Below are positions 1-13,703 of a stretch of 64,000 bases of DNA, one piece after another; positions within the stretch are counted from its first letter, which is position 1; every line of letters starts with the position of its first letter. This DNA comes from Eledone cirrhosa. Taxonomy: Eukaryota. The stretch is from positions 83,018,001-83,082,000 of the forward strand of contig OZ024744.1 in assembly GCA_964016885.1 (NCBI GenBank). The letters are read 5' to 3'. The notes under the pieces are model-generated. The model worked only from the letters and a program-made list of their open reading frames with translations. It did not search any database and was not told where the DNA came from. Both the position numbers and the translations under genes were made by a program.

Positions 1-94
1 ATAAAATGTGGAATGGCCATATTCGTATGGGAGCTGCACTAGTTTATACACACACACACACACACACACACGAACACACACGCACACTCACACG

Positions 95-127
<33 letters not shown>

Positions 128-439
128 TTATCTATAAATGAAAAGTATAGAAATTGTTTTAGCGTGAAGCTAATAGTATTCTATAACATATATTTATCTA
201 TATATCAAAAACAGAGAATGTCTGTCTGTCTGTCTGACTCCCTATAACTCGAGAACCACCCAACCGATTGTTTTCAAACTTTACACATGTAATACTTATG
301 GTCCTGTGAGTATTGTGAGCAAAAATTATTTCAAATTTTCAATGCCCTTCAGGACCGCATTAGGTGGTTTAGCGATCTCTCTCTATAATCCTTAGTCTTT
401 CTTTTTAGATAGATACATAGATATAACGTTGCGCCCTTA

Positions 440-600
440 TAATTGTTTCTACTTCAGGCACAAGGCCAGAAATTACCCAGTGCATTACTGGTACTTTATT
501 TTATCGACCGCGAAAGGATGAAAGGCAAAGTCAACCTCGGCGGGATTTGAACTCAGATCGTAATCCCGCCGAGGTTGACTTTGCCCTTCGTCCTTACGTT
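440..600 (-). mobile_element. tRNA-derived SINE fragment with short inverted duplication
   Basis: Reverse complement of the SINE body seen at 11510-11705; flanked by gcccttataat duplication. Confidence 0.75.
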
Positions 601-690
601 TTGCCCTTATAATATCTGTCTGTATGTCCGAGTGTCTGCATTACGTCATTATGACGCTATATTTGTGTGTGTATATATATATATATATAT

Positions 691-726
<36 letters not shown>

Positions 727-732
727 GTGTGT

Positions 733-834
733 AATGTTTTTCGAAATATTTATTTCTGCGTTCACAGATTGAATTTTTAGTTTCAGAAGATCCCGTTAAG
801 GGTGAAAGTAGCGATTCTTTACTTTAATCTGTTA

Positions 835-840
<6 letters not shown>
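733..840 (+). mobile_element. PLE-1 terminal fragment (CAGAAGA hammerhead-like motif)
   Basis: Matches 4640-4755; further copies at 28025-28155(-), 52100-52220 and 56917-57078. Confidence 0.7.
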
Positions 841-881
<41 letters not shown>

Positions 882-885
<4 letters not shown>

Positions 886-1072
886 ATGTATGACCCCGAC
901 GGCAGAGCTCAAGCCGCTTTGACGGCTATTTCTGAGTCCAGAAATAGCCGTCGAAACGGCTTGAGCTCTGCCGTCGGGGTCATACCTTTTCCTATTACCC
1001 ACTCTACTAACCTCAGTATTGAATACTCTTCTACGTTATGGTCCATCTGATTCCTTACCACAACTCCTTCAT

Positions 1073-1073
<1 letters not shown>
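882..1073. mobile_element. Fold-back fragment of PLE-2 tail in (TA)n
   Basis: Inverted arms 882-934/939-991 carrying GAAACGGC..GCCGTCGGGGT; homologous to 22970-23015 and 56055-56185. Confidence 0.75.
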
Positions 1074-1138
<65 letters not shown>

Positions 1139-1160
1139 CACAGACCCTCCATCTCAACTC

Positions 1161-1200
1161 TACGTTTGAAAAGCAGAAGAACTGCGAAACCGGTAAAGGA
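1161..1200 (+). ncRNA. Minimal hammerhead ribozyme (U3-A8 variant, stem I decayed)
   Basis: TTGAAAA-gcag aagaa ctgc-GAAA-ccgg-TA; stem I only partly paired. Confidence 0.5.
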
Positions 1201-1330
1201 ACCAAATATATATATATATATATTTTTTAAATTAGACACCAGTTGCATTTTCGATTTCATCTTTTTTTCTTTATACTTTCACCCGTGTAGGACACCTCGG
1301 TTATTTTTCATTTTGTAAAAAAAACCTCAC

Positions 1331-1451
<121 letters not shown>

Positions 1452-1721
1452 TATATTCGTGTACAGATTTTTTGCATACACAATAACAAAATATAAACAA
1501 AAGTATATATTTCGCTATAAAGTATTGATTTTTTTCGCATGGAAAAAAAACTCCTGGTAATCTACGACGAATTTTTTTTATAAGAACAACATGTAGACAC
1601 CATTGCGAGGCCGAGGTATTCCGTACTTCTCTGTACTGTTTCAGAAAGGAGGGATAAACATGCCAGTCTATGTTTAGAATCCCGAGCAACGCCGGGCAAT
1701 TCTTCTAGAATATATATATAT

Positions 1722-1905
1722 AACGAAGGAAGTGGGTAAATACCTAGTTGGACCATAACGCACCAAAGTACTCGATACTTGGTAGTAGAGTGGGTAATAG
1801 GAAAAGTGTCAGGACCCCGTTTGAGCTCCGGCCATTTCGACATAGAACTCAGACCTAGCTGTTGAAACGACCGGAGCTCAGCCGTCGGGATCCTGACACT
1901 TTTCA
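1722..1905. mobile_element. Fold-back fragment of PLE-2 tail
   Basis: Homologous to 882-1073 in opposite orientation; inverted arms ~1802-1845/1855-1904. Confidence 0.7.
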
Positions 1906-1906
1906 T

Positions 1907-1945
<39 letters not shown>

Positions 1946-1979
1946 CTCTCTCTCTCTTTCTCTCTCTCTATATATATAA

Positions 1980-4844
1980 GGATTACCGTAAAACTAATCG
2001 GAATGTCATGAATGACATCAACGATGCTAGGTTTAAAATCACCTCTGATCTCAACATCATGGACCGGATTGAACCTCTGGACCTTATTCCCCCCCCCCCA
2101 CACTTTACCCTGTAGGATCACAAATCCAATTTCCTGAACAACCCCTCTATTCGGCTTATTAACCCTACGTAATCCGATTTAACTAGACTTAGTAAAAGGA
2201 TTTTAGATAGAATTATACCTGACATTAGAAGCTTTCCCCCTCTTGCACTGTGGAATAATTCTTTCGCTGTGATTGATTGGTTCAACGGCATATGTAACAA
2301 AGAACATTGCCGTTTTATCCAATTCGACATCAATAATTACTACTCCTCCATCACTTTACCACTTCTCCTTAGAGCTATCAATTTCGCTAAAATGCTCACG
2401 GTAGTTAAGGATTTCGAAGTTGATGTCATCTTCAATGCCCGAAGGTCGGTGATTAAAATATCTAATAGTACCCCATTCGACGTCAGTATGTGCGCCAGCG
2501 ATTCTGCGGAGGTTACTGATCTTATCGGCCTTTTCCTTCTATTTACTATCAAGGAAGAATTCCCCAACGTGGGCGGTGGTTTGTACCGTGATGATGGTCT
2601 TTTGACCATGACAAAATGCGGCCCACGAGCTTGCAACAGGTTCAGAAAAGAACTCACAGCCTTCTTTACAGGCTTCAACCTCTCCATAGAGGTTGAGGCC
2701 AACCTCTTGGTCGTTAATTACCTCGACGTTACCCTCAATTTGTCGAATGGCTTGCACTACCCGTATAGAAAGCCGAAAGATACGCTTAATTACATAAGTA
2801 AGCATTCTAACCATCCTGCCAGCATAACCAAGAACCTGCTAAGAAACGTTTCTTTGAGGCTTTCCCGTCTATCTACTAACGAGCATATTTTCAACGACCA
2901 TTCCACATATTACAATGGAGCTCTTGCTCGGAGTGGATTTGTCGATAAGGTAAAATATACAGGGTATGAGCATAGACCTAGGAAAAATAGATCCCGACGC
3001 ATTATATGGTATAACCCACCATATAATATGGAGGTGGCCACACCATTAGCTAAGATCTTTCTCTCCCTTATTATGAAGCATTTCCCCCCAGCACATAAAT
3101 ATAATAACATTTTTAATAGAAATACCATTAAAATTTCTTACTCTACGACTCCTAACCTTGCACATAACATCACAGCTTCAAATTTAGCTAAATTACCTAG
3201 CCGTAGGAACACGTGTAACCCTGTAGCTAATACTAACTGTAATTGTAGGAATCGGGTTGACTGCCCCCTATCCGGGAAATGCCTCTCTAGTAACATTGTC
3301 TACAAATGTAAGGTTGAAACACCCACATCCCGTAGGGCCTACAGATTCAAGCAGCGTCTTTTCATGCATACCCATTCTTTTCTTAACCCTTTAAGAAGGA
3401 ATATGACGTCACTTTCAGCTTATATCTGATGTCTAAAAGACAACAACACCCAATATAGGTTACACTGGGAGATCCTAGCTAAGGCTAGATCGTATAACGG
3501 AAATAAAAACCATGTGACTTCTGCGCCACTGAAACCCTGGAGAATACTCTACGCCAATGACCACATCTTAAACAAAAAATCTGAGGCACTTTCGGCTTGT
3601 AAACATAAATTGCACAACACTTTCCTGTATTACAGCCCCACATTATACCCTAACAGATAGTACGAACTATACGCGGATAATTTCTTGATGTGGTAGCTAA
3701 GTATATTTTATGTTTATACCATTACTTATTTGTATAGGTAAGTATATATTACCTGTATGTTTTGTGAAGGTACGTATACTTTCTCGTAGGTATATTCGCT
3801 TGTATTTGTTATAGGCGTATATATTATATTATATATACTGGTACATGTGTATTTGGTTATGTGTATACGTGGGTTTTGCGTTTCTGTGTCTATGCGGGTT
3901 TACACGTATGTAGGGTGTGTGTATATGTGTACTTTGTGTTTGGGTTGTCGACGTTTAGCGAACATGTGTTTTTACATGTTGGTATGTGTGCGGGCGCATT
4001 ATATACGTATTTATGTGTGTATATTTATATACGTTTATATAATTATATGTATACGCACGCACACACACATATATATATATTTTTATATATATGTTTTATT
4101 GGTATTTACGTTCGTATGTGTGCGGGTACAGACGTTGCGTGGGTTTTTGTATGTGTGCGCGTGTTTTTTTGTGTACGTGCCTATATTTGTATACCCATGG
4201 CGGGTGTTTTCGCGTATGCATGTGTATGTACGTATATGGAAGCGTACATATATATATTTAATTATTGTTGATTTCTATATATTTACATTATTCTTAACTG
4301 TGAAGCTGAGAATCATTCGGTTTTCTAAATAGAATTTTAGTCTACGACTTCAGTTATACCATAAACGTGGTTTTGTCTTTGCGTGTATTGTTCTCATAGA
4401 TCATATAATGACGTATTATCTTCGTTTTTTCCGTTCATTATCAGGGAAAGTCTCCACGAAACACCTAATAGAATATTAGTCTACGACTTCATTTATACCA
4501 TAAACGTGGTTTTGTCTTTGCGTGTAATTGTTTTCACAGCTCCAAATAATCACGTATTATCTTCGTTTTTTTTTTCGTTCTTTGTCAGGGAACGTCTCCC
4601 CGAGTCAAAGTATCGTCTTCCTGTCTCCCTTCGGTTGCAACGTTTTTCGAAATATTTACTTCTGCATTAACAGATTGATTTTTTTGGTTTCAGAAGATCC
4701 CGTGAAGGGTGAAAGAAGCGATCCTTTGCATAAATTTAATCTGCTATTTTAATAAATATTTGCTCTCCAGTTCTTATATATTTGATATCTATTTATCCTT
4801 ACCGAGCCCTCTTTGGATTTCAGTCTTCAAATTTATTATTATTA

Positions 4845-4848
<4 letters not shown>
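1980..4848 (+). mobile_element. Penelope-like retroelement relic (PLE-1) with long 3' tail
   Basis: RT and GIY-YIG coding relic 1980-3655, TG-rich tail, 139-bp tandem duplication (4328/4467), and a terminal segment repeated elsewhere in the window. Confidence 0.8.
2269..3429 (+). pseudogene. PLE reverse transcriptase plus partial GIY-YIG endonuclease
   Basis: Motifs FIQFDI, YRDDGL, NYLDVTL, WYNPPY, CNCR..CPLSGKCL..IVY; upstream stops (TL*DHK, RLINPT*S); the IG of the YIG motif is missing; premature TGA at 3427. Confidence 0.9.
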
Positions 4849-4923
<75 letters not shown>

Positions 4924-5680
4924 ATATTTGGGGAGGGTCATATTTGCGTAATATTGCCAGAATTAATAACAGAACACACTCACTGTTTGGTTGGTTTTCG
5001 CTTCTCGCTGTCTTTTATATCTGCGATCTAACTTACTCGGTCCTCAATGTTGCCATTGACTGACCGGCGGTCAAAAATAATACAGATACAATATAGACAC
5101 AAACACATATATATAGTTTACATAAATTAATAAATAAATAAATAAATAAATAAATATATATATGCCATTTGTTCATTCATATATATTTTTCCCCTCGCTG
5201 TGGTTTGTCTCTTACTGCTATCCTCTTTTTCTCTCCCCCTTCTCTCCCCTTGTAATTCTTGCTTTCATTCACCCCCTCTGCTGGTCACATACTCTCTCAG
5301 CTGGCCTCTTCCTCACACTTTCACTCACTCACTCTCTGCTACTCCCCCTCTCTCACTTCCTCCCGTCTGACCTGTGTGAAATCCTTTTCTCTCTCACTTT
5401 TCGCGTGGTTCGGACGTGTCTGCCTCTTCTCGTCGATTGATTTGTTCGGACTTAAGTCCACAAGTATCATTGATTTGTCTCTCTTTTCCTCTCTTTACGT
5501 TGCATTACTACCATGTTGTTTGTTTACTTTCCCCTTCCAATTCGCTCTGTCCCGATAACTTATTTTACTTATCGCTCGCACTGATTTGGAGGTATCTGGT
5601 CTTTAATGCGAAGAAACAGCAATGATAGTCAGCAGATTACTGATGATGGACAGTCCCGTTTCTTGGTCTATTTTCATTTG

Positions 5681-5712
<32 letters not shown>

Positions 5713-5716
5713 TATA

Positions 5717-5828
<112 letters not shown>

Positions 5829-5830
5829 GT

Positions 5831-6043
5831 GAAACACAAATTTAACTTTTGAAAATCAAAACAATGTGTTAGGAAGAACGTTAAATTGCAAAAATAACGA
5901 AAGAATTTTACCGTAGCAAATATAATGATCTCAAATATTTTCGGCATCGTTAAATTTGGTAAGGTAAGATGCCTTTGTTATCTTGGCAATTCAACATTCT
6001 TCCTAACGCATTGTTTTGGTTTTCAAAATTTTATTTGTGTTTC
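5831..6043. repeat. Imperfect inverted repeat next to (TA)n
   Basis: gaaacacaaat..ttaggaagaa..ttgc / gcaa..ttcttcctaa..atttgtgtttc. Confidence 0.7.
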
Positions 6044-6075
6044 CTATTCAACAAGTCTTCAAGCAAGCTACAAAA

Positions 6076-6158
6076 CTCTTGATATATATATGAAGCCCAG
6101 GATTATCTGTTACAAACACACTCAGGGCGAAACAGATTAGGGATAATCTGTCCGAGAG
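6076..6158 (+). ncRNA. Disrupted hammerhead ribozyme
   Basis: (AT)n-ATGAA-gccc..gggc-GAAA-cagatta ggga taatctg-TC; possible stem I ctcttg/cgagag; CUG of the core is absent. Confidence 0.45.
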
Positions 6159-6378
6159 ATATAATGGTTATTGAGGCGGTTTGTATTATTTGATAATATA
6201 TTTTTATTTTCATTTCGTCATTCTGTCTGTTTCTTGGTTAAATATTTCAAGCATATGTGGTTTTTCAACCCTTGTAATTTTAGACACAAGGTTTACTGTG
6301 TTTCTTACTATATATTGTTAATCGGCTCAGTATTTATTTGTACTTTATACTTAGAGCTTAATGGTTACAGGGTTCTAA

Positions 6379-6423
<45 letters not shown>

Positions 6424-6476
6424 GTGTTAAACGATATTCAAAAGAACATCTATTTTATTAATATTTATATTTTAAT

Positions 6477-6564
<88 letters not shown>

Positions 6565-6745
6565 AGTATGAATTCCTACGTGTAAAAAATACATATAGGG
6601 AAACAAGTATTATCCAAACGTATGCCAATGTGGTTTTATGGCGGGTTAATAAATTAACAAGCCAGAACATATAAAATCAAGGACTAGCAAATAGAGAAAA
6701 AGTTTTAAAATAAATTAAAAAAAATTCGCTGTACTTACTATAAGT

Positions 6746-6827
6746 GCCTTTACCGTGGTTTCAAGCTCCAGAATAAACGGAAAATCCAAGCGGATTTCCA
6801 TTAAGAAGGGAGCAATATTCAGAAGGC
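6746..6827 (-). ncRNA. Hammerhead ribozyme with long stem II (core mutated to CUGAAUA)
   Basis: gcctt-CTGAATA-ttgctcc..ggagctt-GAAA-ccacgg-TA-aaggc. Confidence 0.6.
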
Positions 6828-7360
6828 TCTTCTCCCTCGGATAATATAAAATTCCCGAGTACAAATCACAAACTGACGCTATACAAAACCATTCCCAAAT
6901 GAGAGCGAATAATGAAAAAAATAATTTTGCCTGGTGCTGTGTGCAAAGACAAAAGGCAGGGTGGCCTGGTCAATGCCCTGCCACTAGAAATGCCACAGCC
7001 GTATGCCAATGTCGTTCTATGGCGGGTTAATAAATTATCAAGCCAGAACATATAAAATCAAGGTCTAGCAAATAGAACTAGCACCACATTGGCATACGGT
7101 TGGATAATACTTGTTTCCCTATATGTATTTTTTACACGTAGGAATTCATACTTTATTATTATTGATCTCCCCCTAAGGTAGAGATAAAATTTTGGCCGTT
7201 TTGACTGCTGTTATTTCTAGTGGCAGGACATTGACCTGTCCACCCTGCCTTTTGTCTTTGCACACTGCACCAGACATCATTCGCTCTCATTTGGGAATGG
7301 TTTTGTATGGCGTCAGTTTGTGATTTGAACTCGGGAATTTTATTTTCTCCGAGGGAGAAG

Positions 7361-7442
7361 AGCTTCTGAAGATTTCTCCCTTCTCAATGGAATTCCGCTT
7401 GGATTTTCCGTTTATTCTTGAGCTTGAAACCGCGGTAAAGGC
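7361..7442 (+). ncRNA. Hammerhead ribozyme with long stem II
   Basis: ctt-CTGAAGA-long stem II-GAAA-ccgcgg-TA-aag; palindromic stem III. Confidence 0.65.
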
Positions 7443-7515
7443 ACTTATAGTAAGTACAGTGAATTTTGTAAAATTTATTTTAAAACTTTTTCTCTATTTC
7501 CTAGACCTTTATTTT

Positions 7516-7545
<30 letters not shown>

Positions 7546-7546
<1 letters not shown>

Positions 7547-7692
7547 ACGAAGGAGATGTGGTAAGGAACCAGGTGGACCATAACGCACCAAAGTACTCAA
7601 TACTTAGGGTAGTAGAGTGGGTAATATGAACGCATCCAGAATTAGCCGTCGAAACGGCTTGAGCTCAGCCGTCGGGGTCCTACTCGTTCCTA
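7546..7692. mobile_element. Internally inverted PLE-2 tail fragment in (TA)n
   Basis: Homologous to 1722-1800 plus an inverted GAAACGGC..GCCGTCGGGG half. Confidence 0.7.
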
Positions 7693-9158
7693 TATATATA
7701 TATATATATATACATATGTGTATGTGTGTGTGTATGTGTGTGTGTCTGTGTGTGTGTATTTTCATATATATATGCATACATATATACTACTATAGTATTC
7801 GTTCAAAGGGACTTTCTTTATTTCAATCTTGCTTTTGTTAGACTTAATTTCTGAATCTCTTCAGGAAATGCCTTGCTTTTTTTTTATTTTACTGATTAGT
7901 AATATCTTTTTGTGGTATCACAAATTTTACCTCGGCAAAAATATATCACATAGGCGTTGAAACATTTAAATGTCCCGTCAAAGTCAAATAAATCTTTGTA
8001 AAGATATATTCTAGATTCGTTCTTTCTGTATATTTCCTTCACATAAATATTAGTGTTAGCTCTAACTAATTTAAAATTAGTTATTGCGCGCAAGAATTAA
8101 GATATGCTATGTAAAGTACATGAGTGTCCATCGAGTGTAAACACTCACACGCTCTTTTACACGACACACACACACACACACACACACACACGCGCGCGCG
8201 CACAGACACACACACATAAACGCATACACATATATAGAACACATAAACGCGCAATATATAGAATTCGTTATGCAAAGTTTTATGCAATAACATACCACAT
8301 ACCAACAACCATGCATCGTCCGACATTTTCTTCCTCGTTACAAAAATGTAAAGAAAAACAAAAAGAAAACATGTACAAAATTGTAATATATGTACATATA
8401 TTTAACAAAATGGCTGACTAACATATCAACACGTAGTTTTTCTTATTTTTTTTCTTTCTTTTTTTTTACTCTCGTATATCTTTCTATTTCTTCTCAGCCC
8501 TTCTTTTACAAGGTATCAAATCTTTTACAAGGTATCAAATCCTAACCGTTACGAATATTTTCCTACTATATCAAGCTTTAAATTAATATATATCACCTTT
8601 GTATATTGTATTGTTCTCCTGTATTAACTTTCCTCTTTGATATTTCTATAATATATTTACGTTCAAATTAAATTGGAACGTGAAATAAAGAATTCGTTAT
8701 AAAGTGTTAACTATTTATTCACAAATATTTATTGTATTTACTTCATATATATATATATAGGTAACATAAATATTTGAATTTAATATTCAATTCGATTTGA
8801 TTTGATGTTGAACTTTCTTTTCTGAATTTGGCAGCTTCCTACATCATGTGATACGAATGTAGTAAAAACCAATGCCTGCTTTCCCACGTTGTAAATAATT
8901 TCCAACAACACCATCGCAGTATGACACCCTATTGAAATTCAGCTTCCACTAAAGAGATACGGATTCTCTCTCCGCCACCTTTTCTCTCTCTCTCTCTTTC
9001 TCATTATCATTCTCTCTCTCACACACATATATATATATTATATTATTGTATATATATATTATATATTATTTATATATATATACACACACACATATATATA
9101 TATATACTTACACACACACACATATATACATATATATATACATACATACATACATACA

Positions 9159-9239
<81 letters not shown>

Positions 9240-9918
9240 GAGTTTGTTTGTGTCTGTTTGTTAGCAATAAATTGAGATTTTTGAGTTTTTGAGCTATGAT
9301 AATATGTCAGATTATAGTGTATAGAGAATTAAAAAAATACAATTATTACATTTTGTTATTTGTTATTAAGGAGAGGGAATGATGAGATATTTTAATCAGA
9401 AATTAAAAGAAGCGACAGTGAATGAATATGTGAAAGAGGAAGCCTGTGTTATAGAAAATTAAGTGTGGATATGTGTGATCATAATTAGTGTCAACTAAAA
9501 TTATAATAACTCACTCCCTGCCCGATCTATAACATTTTCATCGTATCCTCTTCCATTCCCGATTATGTATCAATTCATAGAAAAAGGTATAATGAGTAAA
9601 AGTTAGGTTAGACAGGACAGGTTGTTCAGAGAGAGAGGGGGTGGAGGGAGAAAGAGAGAGAGAGAAATAGAGAGATAAAAAGATGAGGTTAGACAGAAAG
9701 GTTAATTCATTCAATACATCTCAAGTCAACCAAATATTTACACTCCAAACTATACGCGTAAAATCGACAAATTATGTCTATATTGATATATATATATATA
9801 AACATAGACACACATGGAATTAGTAGCCAGTGATATATATATATACATATATATTTATTAAAATAACAGATTAAAATTTAAGTAAAGAATCGCTGCTTTT
9901 ACTCTTATGTATATATAT

Positions 9919-9953
<35 letters not shown>

Positions 9954-10058
9954 ACTATATATATACATGTATGTAAACGGTAAACAGAAAAACAACACAA
10001 TCGATTCAGTATATGGAAGGAATATATTATGTTAACACTTGACATAGCAGGAAGAGGG

Positions 10059-10094
10059 TCTTAACTTTTCGGACGCTAGTCCTTCATAAGAAGA
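10059..10094 (-). ncRNA. Decayed minimal hammerhead
   Basis: tctt-CTTATGA-a ggac tagc gtcc-GAAA-ag-TT-aaga; G5 lost. Confidence 0.45.
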
Positions 10095-10176
10095 AACAAT
10101 GAGAAATAAGATAGATTTAGGGGACGGGCGGGGCGGAATTGGAAAAATTGTCTTTAGACAATATATATATATATAT

Positions 10177-10335
10177 AAGTTATTCCGAGTTTAATGAGTA
10201 AGTAAGGAACTCAATACATAGCAGAATATAAATGTTTTAATATAAAAGAGCTTCTACAGGACTAGAACTGTTTCATTCGTGAGAAATTATCAGGGAGGGA
10301 TGAAACGGTGCTAGTTCTGTAGAAGCTCTTCTATG

Positions 10336-10340
<5 letters not shown>
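10177..10340. mobile_element. Fold-back copy of the 23403 HHR family
   Basis: Homologous to 23403-23590; inverted arms around 10295; (TA)n on both sides. Confidence 0.7.
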
Positions 10341-10428
<88 letters not shown>

Positions 10429-10589
10429 TTATTAAAATAACAGATTAAAGTTTAAGCTCATATATATATGTATATATATATTTATTAAAATAACAGATTA
10501 AAGTTTAAGCTCTACGATTCCTATATATTTGATATATATTTATCCTTATCGAGCCTTCTTTGGATTTTAGTCTTCAAAATTATTATTAT

Positions 10590-10658
<69 letters not shown>

Positions 10659-10989
10659 GCTGGCTACCAATTCTGTGTGTGTCTATGTTTATATATAAAC
10701 CTGGTTTGCTATACAGAAGATTTCTTCCAGAGCAGGATAGAAAGTGAGAGAATGAACATGGGAAAGAGATGTACAGGATGTAGCGACCCAAGTACTCAAC
10801 TGGCACTTCTTTTATCGACCTTGCGTGGATGAAAGGCAAAGTTGACATCGGCGGGTCAGAGAGCCGAGAGCCAAAACTTGTGTGAAGAGGACATGTTTTG
10901 CTTTATGTTATACATAAAACTTTGCACCTTCGAAATATATATAATAAAATAGAGATGATATATGGTATTTATCTTTCGTTTATTATTAC

Positions 10990-11038
<49 letters not shown>

Positions 11039-11045
11039 GTTATTA

Positions 11046-11492
11046 CTCTTTGAGTCTCAGTCATTGATGTTAGTTAACTGGAAAGTTTGTTGGAATGAAT
11101 ATCAAGCCACTACCTGCAGCCTCAGATATTCAGGACGTATCGGAGGGTTCTTGCTGTTCCCAGCAATCATGCCTTTTGAAGCGTTCCAAAAAGCGTGAAG
11201 GGCCGATTTTCTTTAACCATCCTTGGAAACTTTTGGAGATAATCCCCAGTGCGCCTATGACAATCGGGATCACTTTGACTTCATGGCATTTCCAAATCCT
11301 TTTTACCTCCCACTTTAAGTCCTGGTATCGGTTAATTTTCTCCCTCTCCTTCTCTTGCACTCTTGTGTCAAATGGGCAGGCCACATCCACAATCAGGCAC
11401 GATCTTTTTTCCTTGTCCAAAACCACCAGGTCAGATCTATTGTGTTCCAGTTTCTTGTCCGTCTGTATCCTAAAATCCCACAGCACCTTCAC
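11046..11492 (-). mobile_element. R4/Dong LINE 3' fragment (copy A)
   Basis: RLE endonuclease WDFRIQTD..DVACPFD..K..Y; flanked by (TTA)n. Confidence 0.9.
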
Positions 11493-11509
11493 ATTATTAT
11501 TATTACTAT

Positions 11510-11705
11510 AGGGCGGTGGATTGGCAGTATCGGTAGAGGGTCGGACGCCATGCTTTGACGCATAGAGTTACGGCCCTTGCCATTCTGAGTTCAAATCGCG
11601 CCGAGGTTAACTTTGCCTTTCATCCTTACGGGGTCGATAAAATAAAGTACCAGTAATGTACTGGGTAATTTCTGGCCTTGTGCCAATAGTAGAAACAATT
11701 ATTAC
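11510..11705 (+). mobile_element. tRNA-derived SINE, full length
   Basis: A box TGGCAGTATCGG, B box GAGTTCAAATC, ATT tail; more than 8 related copies in the window. Confidence 0.85.
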
Positions 11706-13609
11706 TATTATTATAATTATTATTATTATTGTTCTTTGAGTCTCAGTCATTGATGTTAGTTAACTGGAAAGTTTGTTGAAATGAATATCAAGCCACTATC
11801 TGCAGCCTCAGATATTCAGGACGTATCGGAGGGTTCTTGTTGTTCCCAGCAAGCATGCCTTTTGAAGTGTTCCAAAAAGCGTGGCGGGGCCAATTTTCTT
11901 TAACCATCCCTGGAAACTTTTTGAGATAGTCCCTAGTGCGCCTATGACAATCGGGATCACTTTGACTTCATGGCAGTTCCAAATCCTTTTTACCTCCCAC
12001 TTTAAGTCCTGGTATCGGTTAATTTTCTCCCTCTCCTTCTCTTGCACTCTCGTGTCGAATGGGCAGGCTACATCCACAATCAGGCACGATCTTTTTTCTT
12101 TGTCCACAACCACCAGGTCAGGTCTATTGTGTTCCAGTTTCTTGTCCGTCTGTATCCTAAAATCCCACAGCACCTTCACCTGATCGTTTTCTATCACCGC
12201 CTCTGGCTTATGCTCATACCATTTTTCAGAATGTGATAAATTGTTTACTTTGCATAGGTGCCAGTGGATCACCCTGCCCATCACATCATATCTCCACCCC
12301 TTATAGTGAGTCTGGGCTAGGTGTTTACACTTGGATACAATGTGAGCCACAGTCTCCTCTCTCTCTCCACAGATCCTGCACAGTGAGCTAGCCTCCTCCT
12401 TGTAAATATGGTGTTTCAATCACTTCGTTTTGAGGGCCTGCTCCTGCGCAGCCATTAACATTCCTTCTGTAGCCTTTTTAAGGTCTCCTCTTTTCAACCA
12501 GTTCTATGTCTGTGGATCTCTAAATTTAGTTTTCTCAAAGAAGGTACTATGAAGGGATTTTTCCTGAAGGCTGCTCTTCCTCCTTGATGTTATTTTCTCC
12601 TTGGACATCCCCTGGCCTATTGTCCCCTCCTTCAGTACAGTGCTGAGCATTGGCTCCTTACTATCAGTCACGTATTTGTATAGGTTGTTTTTCTCCATCT
12701 GAACACAGTCCTCTATGTTGATAAGACCTCTTCCACCTTCAGATCTCCTTAAGTAGAATCTATCGACATCACTCCTCTTGTAGAACATGTTGTAGATAGT
12801 CAATAGCTTCCTAGTCTTCCTATCCATTTCTTTTTGTTCAGCAACATTCCATCTCAGAATTCCCGCACTGTACCTAATAATAGACACAGCTCGGGAATTT
12901 ACTGCACTTATGGCATTCCTACTGTTCAGATGTAACTTTAATACGCTCCTTACTCTCCGAATGTATTCAGTTCTTATCAATTCCTTCATTTTTTTGTTCT
13001 TGATGTCATCAGCCTCCAGAACGCCCAAATACTTGTATCCTTCTTCAGAGTCAATTTCCTTTATCATCTCATCTGTTGGTACCTGGATTCCGATACTTCT
13101 GCTCAACTTACCCCTCTTCATCACAATGACTCCACACTTACTAATACCAAATTGCATACATATATCATTGCTGAAAATACGGACAGTGTCAACAAGCACA
13201 TCCAACTCCTTCTCACTCTTCCCGAAGAGCTTAAGATCGTCCATGAAGAGGAGGTGATTGATGGTAAGCCCTCCCTTTCCCAACCTGTATCCTGCTCTCA
13301 CTTTTCGCAGTACACTGGTCAGGGGCATCAGGGCAAGGACAAACAACAGAGGGGACAGACTATCTCCCTGGAACATACCTCTCTTGATCTTCACGCTTCC
13401 CAAGGATTCTCCAGTTGATGTTAACTCTGTTTCCCAGGACTTCATACTTTTGCCCAACAACTGTCTGATGTTATCTGCCACCTTGAAGATCTCCAGGCTT
13501 TTGGTGATCCAAGAATGAGGCACCATGTCAAATGCCTTTTTGTAGTCTATCCATCCCATGGCAAGACCAGTGTGTCTCCTCTTGCAATTCCTCATTATCA
13601 TCTTATCAA

Positions 13610-13703
13610 AGGTTGACTTTGCCTTTCATCCTTTCGGGGTCGATAAAATAAAGTACCAGTAATGCACTGGGTAATTGCTGGCCTTGTGCCTAAAATAGAA
13701 ACA
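13610..13703 (+). mobile_element. 5'-truncated SINE inside LINE copy B
   Basis: 16-bp TSD attatcatcttatcaa (13594-13609/13704-13719). Confidence 0.9.

Larger units (their letters stand above)
6550..7500. mobile_element. Complex tandem plus fold-back HHR-bearing element
   Basis: Direct repeat 6620/7001 (period 381); inverted copies 7083-7165 and 7220-7500. Confidence 0.75.

Noticed and set aside
3427-3429. In-frame TGA in the PLE ORF as possible selenocysteine codon
   Set aside because: It falls where Trp is expected (IW.LKD), and the element has other stops and a deletion
11510-11600. tRNA gene
   Set aside because: A and B boxes belong to a SINE head; no cloverleaf
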